From: a virus
Virus record (IMG/VR): IMGVR_UViG_3300045988_078200
Length of the DNA: 48,007 nt
Reading direction: 5' to 3' (one strand)
The notes below the pieces were generated by a model. That model was given only the letters and a program-made list of their open reading frames with translations, did no database searches and was not told the DNA's origin. Below are positions 15,012-24,015 of the stretch, piece after piece; the first letter of the stretch is position 1; each line of letters starts with the position of its first letter. The position numbers and the translations under genes were made by a program.

Positions 15012-16253
15012 ATGGGAAAATTCAATCTGAATCAGATTTTGAACAACGCGTCGCGGCAGGCGGCGGAGGGCGGGAACACCCCGCCCCGCCCCGCTGAAAG
15101 CGAGATAAAGAAAATCAGCGTCTTTGACCTTGTGCCGTCGGAAGATAACTTCTATTCCATGCGGGAGATTGAAGAACTGAAAGCGGCAATCGAGATCGCC
15201 GGGAAAGTTCTGCAAAACCTGACCGTTGTTCCGCTGGACGGTGGGAAATACAAGGTCATTGCAGGCCACCGCCGCCGCCTCGCGTCGCTGGCCCTTGTGG
15301 AAGATGGAAAGCCGCAATATGAATTCGTCACCTGTTCCGTGGAGCCGAACGAAGAGGCGGCGGAAGATCAGGAAATCCGGGACGGCCTGAACCTGATTGT
15401 CACCAACTCCCAGCGGGAGAAAACGGCATGGGATAAGATCGAGGAAGTGCGCTACTTGCGGGACGTGCTGGAAAAGGCAAAGACCCGCCCGCGGTTCGTG
15501 GCCGTCCTGCAAAGAATTGTCGCAACCGTGTTCGGGGACAGCGAGGTTCAGGCAGACGGAACCCGCGATTTTATCGCAAAAGTGCTTCACACAAGCCCGG
15601 CGCAGATCGGGCGGTATGACACCATCATTCGCCACCTGTCCCCGGAATTCAAAGAAGAACTGAAAGCAGACCGCATAAACCTTTCGACCGCCTATGAACT
15701 GGCGGGATTGCCGGAAGAGGACCAGCGGGCCGCGTTCGAGGAATACCAGAGAACCGGGGAAATTTCCATCAAGGCCGCACGGGAGCGGAAGCCGCAAGCG
15801 GCTCCGTCCCCTCCCACGCCGCAGGACGAAGAGAAAAACACCCCGCCCGCCGAACCCGTCCGGGAGCGGGAGCAGACACCACCGCCCCCGGCGCATTGCA
15901 TACCGTCCACCGTACCACAACCGGGAATCGACTGGAACGAGGAAACGGGGCGGGAAATGCCGGAGGAAAGCCCACAGGACGCGCAGGACGCGCCGGAAGC
16001 GAGCGGGGCGGGAAAAGACACGGCCAACAGAGAAACCGTCGCAAAACCAGCGCAGACGCGAAAGCCGCAAGCGACGCAGAGTGCGGGGCTTGGGATTTGC
16101 CCTTACTGCGGAAAACCGTTTGACGCGGCGCGGTCAATCGAATACAGCATTCGAGGAACGGAGGGGCGGGAGCCTGTGACATGCCCGAAGTGCGGCGGGA
16201 AAATCGAAATCCGGTGTACGGTTTCCTATTGCTGTTCCCCGGTGGAATCGTGA
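15012..16253 (+). CDS. parB: ParB-family protein with an N-terminal ParB/Srx domain, an HTH, a Pro-rich linker and a C-terminal zinc ribbon.
   Basis: VPLDGGKYKVIAGHRRRLASLAL carries the GxRR box. HTSPAQIGRYDTIIRHLSPEFKEEL is the HTH. The C-terminus reads CPYCG...CPKCG. Confidence 0.8.
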   Translation: MGKFNLNQILNNASRQAAEGGNTPPRPAESEIKKISVFDLVPSEDNFYSMREIEELKAAIEIAGKVLQNLTVVPLDGGKYKVIAGHRRRLASLALVEDGKPQYEFVTCSVEPNEEAAEDQEIRDGLNLIVTNSQREKTAWDKIEEVRYLRDVLEKAKTRPRFVAVLQRIVATVFGDSEVQADGTRDFIAKVLHTSPAQIGRYDTIIRHLSPEFKEELKADRINLSTAYELAGLPEEDQRAAFEEYQRTGEISIKAARERKPQAAPSPPTPQDEEKNTPPAEPVREREQTPPPPAHCIPSTVPQPGIDWNEETGREMPEESPQDAQDAPEASGAGKDTANRETVAKPAQTRKPQATQSAGLGICPYCGKPFDAARSIEYSIRGTEGREPVTCPKCGGKIEIRCTVSYCCSPVES

Positions 16254-16263
16254 GGGCGCGCAG

Positions 16264-16608
16264 ATGGACGAAATCGAATTGGCCGGTTTTACTGCGGAGC
16301 AGGCCGAAATCATAAGAGAAGCCGCGAGAAAATACGCGGAAAGAACAATGATTACCACGGAAGAGGCAACCGAAAAGATTTTGGACGCACTAAATTTCAT
16401 TTCGGGTGCGATTCGGGAAGCATTTGACAAACTGACAGCGGTATTTCGTGAACTGGCGGAAGAGTTGAAGCCGATAGACATTGAATCGCGCGCCCGGCGG
16501 AGGAAGCAGGAACGGGAGCGGGCAAAGATGATCGAAAAGCGATACCGGGCGGAAATCCGGCGGGCGGAAAATACACGAATTTATCGGCGGATATATAAGC
16601 CGCCCTAA
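16264..16608 (+). CDS. Hypothetical helical protein.
   Basis: 114-aa ORF. Confidence 0.55.
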   Translation: MDEIELAGFTAEQAEIIREAARKYAERTMITTEEATEKILDALNFISGAIREAFDKLTAVFRELAEELKPIDIESRARRRKQERERAKMIEKRYRAEIRRAENTRIYRRIYKPP

Positions 16609-16629
16609 AGCAGAGCGGAGGAAGCGGAC

Positions 16630-17103
16630 GTGAACAGGGAAAAAGTTATTGTGATCCTGCGTTATTACAGGGACGCAGACAAAGCAATCAAAATGAACGA
16701 GCGGGTTATTAAGAACCTCGAAGATCAGTATTATTCGACGTTGGGGGCGGTCAATTCCGACGGTATGCCGCACGGGAAAGGCACGACTTCAAATCCCGTT
16801 GAACGTGTGGTGCTGAATATCCCCCGATCTGTCACACAGACCATTGACCGATTGCGGCGCGAGATAGAGGAAATCGGGAAAATAAAAGCAGAGATTGCGG
16901 AAGAATTGAAATGCCTGAATTACACCGAAAAAGCATTGATTCAGGGGTTTTACATAGAGGGCGAACAATGGGAACGTCTTTCGGCGCGAGTAAATTACAG
17001 CCCGCGGCAATGTCGGAATATCCGCGCCGCCGCGCTGGACTGTCTGGCAAGGAATTTCAGCGCAAACAAAATCATTTCGCGCTATCGCTTCCCGGAAAAA
17101 TAA
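16630..17103 (+). CDS. Putative late-gene transcriptional activator (ArpU/RinA or sigma region-4-like).
   Basis: It is the last gene before the packaging module. The C-terminus LNYTEKALIQGFYIEGEQWERLSARVNYSPRQCRNIRAAALDCL resembles sigma region 4. Confidence 0.45.
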   Translation: MNREKVIVILRYYRDADKAIKMNERVIKNLEDQYYSTLGAVNSDGMPHGKGTTSNPVERVVLNIPRSVTQTIDRLRREIEEIGKIKAEIAEELKCLNYTEKALIQGFYIEGEQWERLSARVNYSPRQCRNIRAAALDCLARNFSANKIISRYRFPEK

Positions 17104-17202
17104 GATTGCCACCCATTGCCCGTTTTCCGTGGTAAAATTGGTATTGTGGAAAATGAACACAACGATTCGGGCGGCGTATTCCTCCGCGCCGTTCGAGTGC
17201 AG

Positions 17203-17237
17203 AAAACGGACCATGTTTTGAACATGGCCCGTTTTTT
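17203..17237 (+). terminator. Intrinsic terminator in front of the late operon.
   Basis: AAAACGGACCATGTT pairs with AACATGGCCCGTTTTTT, with one mismatch in the stem. Confidence 0.6.
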
Positions 17238-17301
17238 ACGCGCTTCCGCGGAAGTATGCGGGGCGAAAAATAGGAAACAAACGAAAGGGGGTGCGTAGAC
17301 A

Positions 17302-18234
17302 ATGGCAAAAGCGAGAAGCCCGGAGCGGGACAAAGTGCGCCGGGCATGGCTTGAATCCGGCGGAACCATGACGGCGAAACAGCTTGCGGAACAATTCGGC
17401 GTAAGGGCTGAACAGGTCCGAAAATGGAAAAGCCTTGATAATTGGCAAGCAGACCTTGACGCACAGAAACCGAAGCGGAAACGCGGCGGACAGCCGGGCA
17501 ATAAAAATGCCGTGGGCGCGGGCGCGCCCGTAGGGAATAAAAATGCCGAAACGCACGGGGCATATTCCACGGTCCGCCTATGCGATCTACCGCAGGAACA
17601 GCGGGAGTATATCGAGGGAATCACGCTGGACACGGAAACAAATATGCTTGCAGAACTGCAAACACTGGTTGCAAAGGAAGCTGACCTGCAAAACAAGATT
17701 GCCGCGCTGGAACATGGCGACCCAGCCGCGCTTTATATTGACCGCGTTGTTGAAATGCGCGCCCCAAAAGGGACAAAACGATTAGAACAACAGCGGGAGA
17801 AGTTGGAAGCCCTGCAACGGGAAGAAGATTCCCTGATTTGGGATATGGACGGGAGCGACGGAAAGAAACCAACCAGACAGCAGGAAAAGAAGCTGGAAGC
17901 CCTGCAACGGGAGATTGCCGCATTGCAGGACACCACAGGCGACAAGGAACGCGCCCTTGAACGCGAGGGCTACACGGTGACAATGCAGACTGTCATAAAG
18001 GCAAGCGCATTCGACCGGGCTATGAAGTTAGAAGCCGAACTGAACAGAATACACGGGCGCATTATCAAACTGCTTGATTCCATCAAGGGATATGAGATGG
18101 AGAGCCGCCGCCTGCGGCTTGAAGAGCGGAAATATAATCTTGCAAAGCAGAAACTTTCGGGAGCATACGACATCGACCCTGAAACGGGAGAGATCAACGA
18201 CGAAGCGGAAGAGCCGGACGAATTGGAAATATGA
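17302..18234 (+). CDS. Terminase-small-subunit-like HTH protein with a long coiled-coil C-terminus.
   Basis: The N-terminus reads MTAKQLAEQFGVRAEQVRKWKSLDNW. GGQPGNKNAVGAGAPVGNKNAETHGAYS is typical of YjcR-like TerS proteins. Confidence 0.55.
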   Translation: MAKARSPERDKVRRAWLESGGTMTAKQLAEQFGVRAEQVRKWKSLDNWQADLDAQKPKRKRGGQPGNKNAVGAGAPVGNKNAETHGAYSTVRLCDLPQEQREYIEGITLDTETNMLAELQTLVAKEADLQNKIAALEHGDPAALYIDRVVEMRAPKGTKRLEQQREKLEALQREEDSLIWDMDGSDGKKPTRQQEKKLEALQREIAALQDTTGDKERALEREGYTVTMQTVIKASAFDRAMKLEAELNRIHGRIIKLLDSIKGYEMESRRLRLEERKYNLAKQKLSGAYDIDPETGEINDEAEEPDELEI

Positions 18235-18346
18235 AATAGGTTCTTTCGGCGGGCCGCGCGGCCTGCGGGTCCAGCGAGCCCCGGCGTTTTTTTAGATACG
18301 AAATTTTTTTGAACGCTTCCGGGGCCGGGAAAATTTTTAAGGGGGT

Positions 18347-18874
18347 ATGCCAAAAAAGCGCGGGAGGGGTGGAAAAACGGTGAAACTTTACGACGCGAAA
18401 GCGGTTGCCCGATTCCTCGACGTGTCGGAACGGCGGGTGCGGCAGTTACGCGACGAAAAGGTGATCGCAGAAGTTCGCCCCGGTTTGTACGACCTGATCG
18501 ACACGAACCACCGCTATATAAATTATCTCCGAAAGAGGAACCCGGAGAGCGAAGAGACGATAGATTACAACACCGAGCGGGCGAAGCTGGTTCGGGCAAA
18601 GCGGAAGAATGAAGAATACGAATTGCAGTTGAAAGAAAACACGCTTCACGCCGCGGCGGACATCGAAGCCGTTATGACGGATATGCTGGTAAACTTCAAA
18701 TCCCGCCTGATGGCGATTCCGTCAAAGCTGGCCCCGGTCCTTTGCAAGAAAACGGACAAGGCAGAGATATTCGCCCTGCTGAAAGATCATATCGACGAAG
18801 CCTTGATGGAACTTTCCGATTTCAAAACTACATTCGGGGAAAGGGGGAACAGCAATGAAAAAAGCGACGGTTGA
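18347..18874 (+). CDS. Terminase small subunit, Nu1-like winged HTH.
   Basis: LYDAKAVARFLDVSERRVRQLRDEKVI followed by ERAKLVRAKRKNEEYELQLKENTL. The gene overlaps the GpA-type large subunit. Confidence 0.6.
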   Translation: MPKKRGRGGKTVKLYDAKAVARFLDVSERRVRQLRDEKVIAEVRPGLYDLIDTNHRYINYLRKRNPESEETIDYNTERAKLVRAKRKNEEYELQLKENTLHAAADIEAVMTDMLVNFKSRLMAIPSKLAPVLCKKTDKAEIFALLKDHIDEALMELSDFKTTFGERGNSNEKSDG

Positions 18875-20681
18875 CCTGTTCACCCGGATTTTTGCGGTGC
18901 TGGCCCCTCCCCCGAATATGACCATATCGCAATGGGCGGACAAATACCGCCGCTTGTCCTCCGAATCGTCGGCGGAGCCGGGCCGATGGCGCACATCAAA
19001 GGCCCCATACCAGCGGGAGATTATGGACGCAGTTTGCGACATGCGGATTCAAAAAGTGGTCATCATGTCGGCGGCGCAGATCGGGAAAACGGACGCGCTG
19101 ATTCTGAACCCGATCGGCTACTATATGCACTACGACCCGTCCCCGATCATGGTCATGCAACCGACCATTCAAATGGCGGAAACATTCTCCAAAGACCGCC
19201 TTTCCCCGATGTTGCGGGACACCCCCGCTTTACGGGACCGCGTGAACGACAAGAGCCGGAACAGCGGGAACACGATCTTGCAGAAAATTTTCCCCGGCGG
19301 TCATGTGACGATGGTTGGCGCAAATTCGCCGTCCTCCCTCGCCTCCCGCCCGATTCGGATTCTGCTTGCGGACGAAATCGACCGATACCCGGCCACGGCT
19401 GGCAATGAGGGCGACCCCCTGTTGCTGGCCGGGAAGCGGCTTGCGACCTTTTGGAACAAGAAAGAAGTGTGCGTGAGTACGCCGACCAACAAGGAAACGT
19501 CCAGAATCGCCGTTGAATTTGAACACAGCACGCAAGAGGAATGGAACGTACCTTGCCCGGCGTGCGGGGCGTACACGCCGCTTTTGTGGGCGAACATCAT
19601 TTTCGACCGGGACAAGCTGGACGAAATCGGGTGCGCTTGCCCGGCGTGCGGCGTGGTTTCCAGCGAAACGGAGTGGAAAGAGCAGTTCGGAAAGGGTAAA
19701 TTCGTCGCGGCACACCCGGAACGAAAGGTGCGCGGATTCCATTTGAACGCCCTTGCCTCCCTCTTTGTGGAATGGCGGGAAATCGTCGAAAAGTTTCTGA
19801 CCGCAAACGAAGAGAAGAAAAAAGGAAACATCGAACTTCTAAAAGTATGGACAAATACCGAAATGGGCGAAACGTGGGAGGAAGAGGGCGAACAAATCGA
19901 AACGGACGACCTCTTCAAACGCCGCGAACGCTATAATTGCGAGGTCCCGGAAGAAGTGCTGGTGCTGACCGCGGGCGTGGACGTGCAGGACGACCGATTT
20001 GAAGTGGAGGTTGTCGGCTGGGGCGTGGACAAGGAAAGCTGGGGAATCAAGTATCAGGCGATCTACGGCGACTTGAAGTTGAAGCCCGTGTGGGATGAAC
20101 TGGACAAGTTTCTTTCGCAGACGTTCACCACCGCAGACGGGCGGCGGCTGAAAATTATTTGCGCCTGCGTGGATTCCGGCGGACACTTCACGACACAGGT
20201 TTACCGATTCTGCAAAGAGCGGACGGCCCGGCGTGTGTTCGCAATCAAGGGAAAAGGCGGCGCGGAAGTGCCGTACTTCAATAGGCCGTCAACGGCGAAC
20301 AATATCAAAGCCCCTCTTTTCACTGTCGGAGTTGACACGGGCAAGGCCCTTTTATATCAACGACTGGCGGTGCAGGAAGAGGGGCCGAATTATTGCCATT
20401 TTCCGCGTGAAAAGGACCGGGGGTACACGCAAGAGTATTTCCGCGGCCTGACCGCCGAAAAAATGGTGATCACCTATAAGCGCGGAAAAGCGCAATACGT
20501 CTGGACGCTGAAAGACGGCGGGTACAAGCGGAATGAACCGCTTGATATTCGGAACTATGCGACCGTCGCTTTGGAAATTGCAAACCCGGTTTTGAAACGG
20601 ACGGAGCGGGACGCGGCCACAGCCGCCCCCGCGCAGAAGCGGCGGGGCAGACGATCAAGAACCAACGGAGGTATTTTGTAA
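18855..20681 (+). CDS. terL: Terminase large subunit, lambda GpA family.
   Basis: 608 aa. The stretch is WADKYRRLSSESSAEPGRWRTSKAPYQREIMDA...MSAAQIGKTD, with Zn-finger-like CPACG...CPACG. Confidence 0.9.
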   Translation: MKKATVDLFTRIFAVLAPPPNMTISQWADKYRRLSSESSAEPGRWRTSKAPYQREIMDAVCDMRIQKVVIMSAAQIGKTDALILNPIGYYMHYDPSPIMVMQPTIQMAETFSKDRLSPMLRDTPALRDRVNDKSRNSGNTILQKIFPGGHVTMVGANSPSSLASRPIRILLADEIDRYPATAGNEGDPLLLAGKRLATFWNKKEVCVSTPTNKETSRIAVEFEHSTQEEWNVPCPACGAYTPLLWANIIFDRDKLDEIGCACPACGVVSSETEWKEQFGKGKFVAAHPERKVRGFHLNALASLFVEWREIVEKFLTANEEKKKGNIELLKVWTNTEMGETWEEEGEQIETDDLFKRRERYNCEVPEEVLVLTAGVDVQDDRFEVEVVGWGVDKESWGIKYQAIYGDLKLKPVWDELDKFLSQTFTTADGRRLKIICACVDSGGHFTTQVYRFCKERTARRVFAIKGKGGAEVPYFNRPSTANNIKAPLFTVGVDTGKALLYQRLAVQEEGPNYCHFPREKDRGYTQEYFRGLTAEKMVITYKRGKAQYVWTLKDGGYKRNEPLDIRNYATVALEIANPVLKRTERDAATAAPAQKRRGRRSRTNGGIL

Positions 20682-20918
20682 ATGGCGGGAATCAGCCTTG
20701 AAATCGCAAGAAAGCACCTTTCCGCATGGCTGGAAGCGGAATTGGAGGTTACGACACACCAAAGCTACACCATCGGTTCGCGGAGCCTGACAAAAGCGGA
20801 CCTTGCGGACATCCGGCAACAAATCGAATTTTGGAAAAACGAGGTTGCGCGGCTGGAAAACATCGAAAAGCGCGGCGGGCGAAACCGCGTTTTCCGTGTG
20901 GTCCCGCGGGACCTTTAA
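20682..20918 (+). CDS. Head-tail joining protein, gpW-like.
   Basis: 78 aa, located between terminase and portal as in lambda. The pattern resembles gpW. Confidence 0.55.
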   Translation: MAGISLEIARKHLSAWLEAELEVTTHQSYTIGSRSLTKADLADIRQQIEFWKNEVARLENIEKRGGRNRVFRVVPRDL

Positions 20919-20944
20919 GACCATGACAAAGGAGGCGAAGCGGG

Positions 20945-22501
20945 TTGAACACGCTTGACCGAATGATTGCCGCAGTATCGCCGCAACGGGCCGTGAAGCG
21001 CGCCGCCGCCCGCCGGAAGCTGGAAATACTGGACAGCGGGTACAGCAACTACGGCGCGTCACAGACAAAAAAATCAATGCTGGGCTGGTTGTATGGCGGC
21101 GGGTCCGCAAAAGAGGATATACAAGAGAACCTTTCCGTCCTCCGGCAACGGTGCCGCGATCTTTACATGGGCGTACCGCTGGCAACGGGCGCGCTGAAAA
21201 CATGCCGGACAAATGTTGTCGGCGCGGGGTTGCGGCTGAAAAGTCAAATTGACTATGAGGCGTTGGGGATGGATGAAGAAACCGCCCGCGACCTTGAACG
21301 CAAGATCGAGCGGGAATTTTCCTTGTGGGCTGATTCCCCGGCCTGCGACCTTGAACGGCTGGACAATTTCTATGAACTGCAACAACTGGCTTTTCTGAAC
21401 TGGCTTATGAGCGGCGACGTGATCGCCACGTTGCCAGTGACAAAGCGGGTGAACTGCCCGTATGACCTGCGAATATGTCTGATTGAAGCGGACCGATTGA
21501 GCAACCCGAACGGAACGGTTGACCCGCATTTCGTCGGAGGCGTGGAAACCAACGACGCGGGCGAGGTGATCGCGTACCATATCAGCAAGCACCATCCGTT
21601 GTCCTACGATGCAAGCGAATACGGGTGGACGCGGGTTGAAGCATGGGGCGCAAAGACCGGACGGCGGAACGTGCTTCACATTATGAACCGGGAGCGCATC
21701 GGACAACGGCGCGGCGTGCCGTTTCTGGCCCCTGTCATTGAAGCGTTGAAGCAGTTGGGCCGATATACCGACGCGGAACTTGTCGCCGCCGTAGTTTCAG
21801 GCATGTTCACGGTGTTCATCGAAAAGGAATCCGCGTCCAGCGACGGAACATTTGGCGAGATCATCCCGGAGGAAGCGCAGGTGGACGCGGGCGACGACAG
21901 CACGATTGAACTTGCGCCAGGCGCAATCGTGGACTTGAACGAGGGAGAAAAAGCGCACGACATGAACCCCGGCAGGCCAAACACGGCGTTTGACGGGTTC
22001 GTGGTTGCGATTTGCAGGCAGATCGGCGCGGCCCTCGAAATCCCCTATGAACTATTGGTAAAGAACTTCAACGCGTCTTACAGCGCGTCCCGCGGGGCGT
22101 TGCTGGAAGCGTGGAAAATGTTCCGAATGTACCGGACATGGCTTGCAAACGACTTCTGCCAACCGATCTACGAAGAATGGTTCGCGGAGGCCGTGGCAAA
22201 GGGACGAATCCCTGCGCCCGGATTTTTTGGCGACCCTATCATTCGCAAGGCGTACACGGGCGCAGAATGGAACGGCCCGGCGCAGGGGCTTTTGAACCCG
22301 GTGCAGGAAGTGACCGCGGCGGAAAAGCGGGTGCAGAACGGATTTTCCACCCGCGACCGGGAAGCAATGGAAATGAACGGGTCCGATTTCTACCGGAACG
22401 CCGCGCAGATCAAACGGGAAGAAAAAATGTTAAGGGAGGCGAAAGCAGATGGCACAGGAACAGAGCCGGGCGCAGGCTCAGCAAAAACAGGTAAAGAATA
22501 A
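20945..22501 (+). CDS. Portal protein, lambda family.
   Basis: 518 aa in the syntenic position. GGAGG lies 9 nt before the TTG start. Confidence 0.85.
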   Translation: MNTLDRMIAAVSPQRAVKRAAARRKLEILDSGYSNYGASQTKKSMLGWLYGGGSAKEDIQENLSVLRQRCRDLYMGVPLATGALKTCRTNVVGAGLRLKSQIDYEALGMDEETARDLERKIEREFSLWADSPACDLERLDNFYELQQLAFLNWLMSGDVIATLPVTKRVNCPYDLRICLIEADRLSNPNGTVDPHFVGGVETNDAGEVIAYHISKHHPLSYDASEYGWTRVEAWGAKTGRRNVLHIMNRERIGQRRGVPFLAPVIEALKQLGRYTDAELVAAVVSGMFTVFIEKESASSDGTFGEIIPEEAQVDAGDDSTIELAPGAIVDLNEGEKAHDMNPGRPNTAFDGFVVAICRQIGAALEIPYELLVKNFNASYSASRGALLEAWKMFRMYRTWLANDFCQPIYEEWFAEAVAKGRIPAPGFFGDPIIRKAYTGAEWNGPAQGLLNPVQEVTAAEKRVQNGFSTRDREAMEMNGSDFYRNAAQIKREEKMLREAKADGTGTEPGAGSAKTGKE

Positions 22502-23603
22502 GCATTTCTGGACGTTCCGGGCCGCGGCGGGAGATAACGCCGCCCCGGAACTGATTTTATACGGCGACATTGCTTCCGAAACGTGGTGGGGCGACGAAGT
22601 GACCCCCCGGCAGTTTACGGAGGAATTGGACGCGCTGGGGGCGGTCCCTGAAATCGTTGTGCGCATCAACAGCGGCGGCGGCGACGTGTTCGCCGCGAAT
22701 GCGATTTACACCCGCCTAAAGGACAACGCGGCAAAGATCACCGTAAAAATCGACGGATGGGCCGCGTCCGCGGCGACGATCGTTGCAATGGCGGGCGACG
22801 TGATCGAGATTCCGGGGAACGGCGTTTTCATGGTGCATGACCCGTCCTTGGGCTTGCTGGGCTACTTCAACGAAGCGGACCTTGCAAAGATGACCGAGGA
22901 ATTAAAAGTGGTCAAACAGTCTATTGTGAACGCCTATGTCCTGAAAACCGGAAAAGACGCGGCGGAGGTTGCCGCGATTATGGCGACGGAAAGCTGGTTT
23001 GACGGGAAACAGGCGGTTGACGCTGGCTTTTGCGACAAGCTGATGTTTGAGGACGCGGAAACCACCATTGAAAACGCCGCGAAAATCGTTGTCAACAGCG
23101 TTTCGCTGGACCTGAACCGTTATCCGAATATGCCGATTTCGTTGTTAAACCGCACGACGGCCCGCGCGCACGGCGGTTTTTCAAATAAACCAACCATAAA
23201 TGAACCGAAAAGGAGCGAAGAGAACATGGACGGAATCAAAGACATTAAGACCGTGGCCGACCTGAAAGCGGCTTTCCCCGACCTGACAAAGCAGATCGAG
23301 GAAGCGGCGACCGACGCGGAGCGCAAGCGCATTCAGGACATCGAGGACGTGGCGATTGCGGGCTATGAAACCATCGTGGCGGACGCAAAGTTCAAGACCC
23401 CCATTGCCGCGGGCGACGTTGCGAAAGCGATTCTTGCGGAGCAGAAGAAGCAGGGCGGCAAGTACATTCAGGACCGCGACGACGACGCGCACGCGAGCGG
23501 AGCGGGCGACGTTGGAACCGGCGGACAGCGAGAGGGAGCAGGCGGCGACGGCCCCGACGAAGTGGACGCGGCCATTGACAAGCTGTTCCCCGACGTGAAG
23601 TAA
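22449..23603 (+). CDS. ClpP-type prohead protease fused to a scaffold-like C-terminus.
   Basis: The stretch is RINSGGGDVFAANAIY...IDGWAASAATIVAMAGD...GVFMVHDP. Confidence 0.8.
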   Translation: MAQEQSRAQAQQKQVKNKHFWTFRAAAGDNAAPELILYGDIASETWWGDEVTPRQFTEELDALGAVPEIVVRINSGGGDVFAANAIYTRLKDNAAKITVKIDGWAASAATIVAMAGDVIEIPGNGVFMVHDPSLGLLGYFNEADLAKMTEELKVVKQSIVNAYVLKTGKDAAEVAAIMATESWFDGKQAVDAGFCDKLMFEDAETTIENAAKIVVNSVSLDLNRYPNMPISLLNRTTARAHGGFSNKPTINEPKRSEENMDGIKDIKTVADLKAAFPDLTKQIEEAATDAERKRIQDIEDVAIAGYETIVADAKFKTPIAAGDVAKAILAEQKKQGGKYIQDRDDDAHASGAGDVGTGGQREGAGGDGPDEVDAAIDKLFPDVK

Positions 23604-23616
23604 GGAGGAAAGAAGC

Positions 23617-24000
23617 ATGTACGAGATTCAGAAAGACCAGACAAGCCCGGTGAACTTTTTTGCGGGCGATTATCCAGTTGCAACGGCGGTCCGCGAGGTT
23701 TCGAGCGGGAAGAGCGTCAAGAAATACGACCCCGTGAAGCTGGTTGACGGAAAGGTGGAACCCGTCGTCAAGGTGGAGGCGAGCGCGGCGAACAGCGGAA
23801 GCACAATTCCGGCGAAAACGGAGTACGAGAACACCACGGCGGGAATCTATGGCATTGCGGCGGGAGACGCGGGAGCCGGAGAAGATGTCGTCGTTTACCT
23901 GACGGGCGAATTTTTCGCGGACGCAATCAATCTCCCGGCCAGTGTGACCGCGGAAACCCTGACAACCGCATTCCGAAATATCGGAATCTTTTTGAAGTAA
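23617..24000 (+). CDS. Head decoration protein, gpD-like.
   Basis: 127 aa, immediately before the major capsid gene. The motif GIAAGDAGAGEDVVVYLTGEF is present. Confidence 0.55.
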   Translation: MYEIQKDQTSPVNFFAGDYPVATAVREVSSGKSVKKYDPVKLVDGKVEPVVKVEASAANSGSTIPAKTEYENTTAGIYGIAAGDAGAGEDVVVYLTGEFFADAINLPASVTAETLTTAFRNIGIFLK

Positions 24001-24015
24001 AGGAGAGGAAACAAA

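Noticed and set aside
17804-17912. A 19-bp direct repeat, TGGAAGCCCTGCAACGGGA, at 17804-17822 and 17894-17912.
   Set aside because: It lies inside a coiled-coil coding segment and encodes the repeated peptide LEALQRE. It is an internal protein repeat, not a regulatory DNA element.
18252-18263. The GGCCGCGCGGCC palindrome called as the cos site.
   Set aside because: There is no way to identify cohesive ends from sequence alone. It is retained only as a candidate within a finding.
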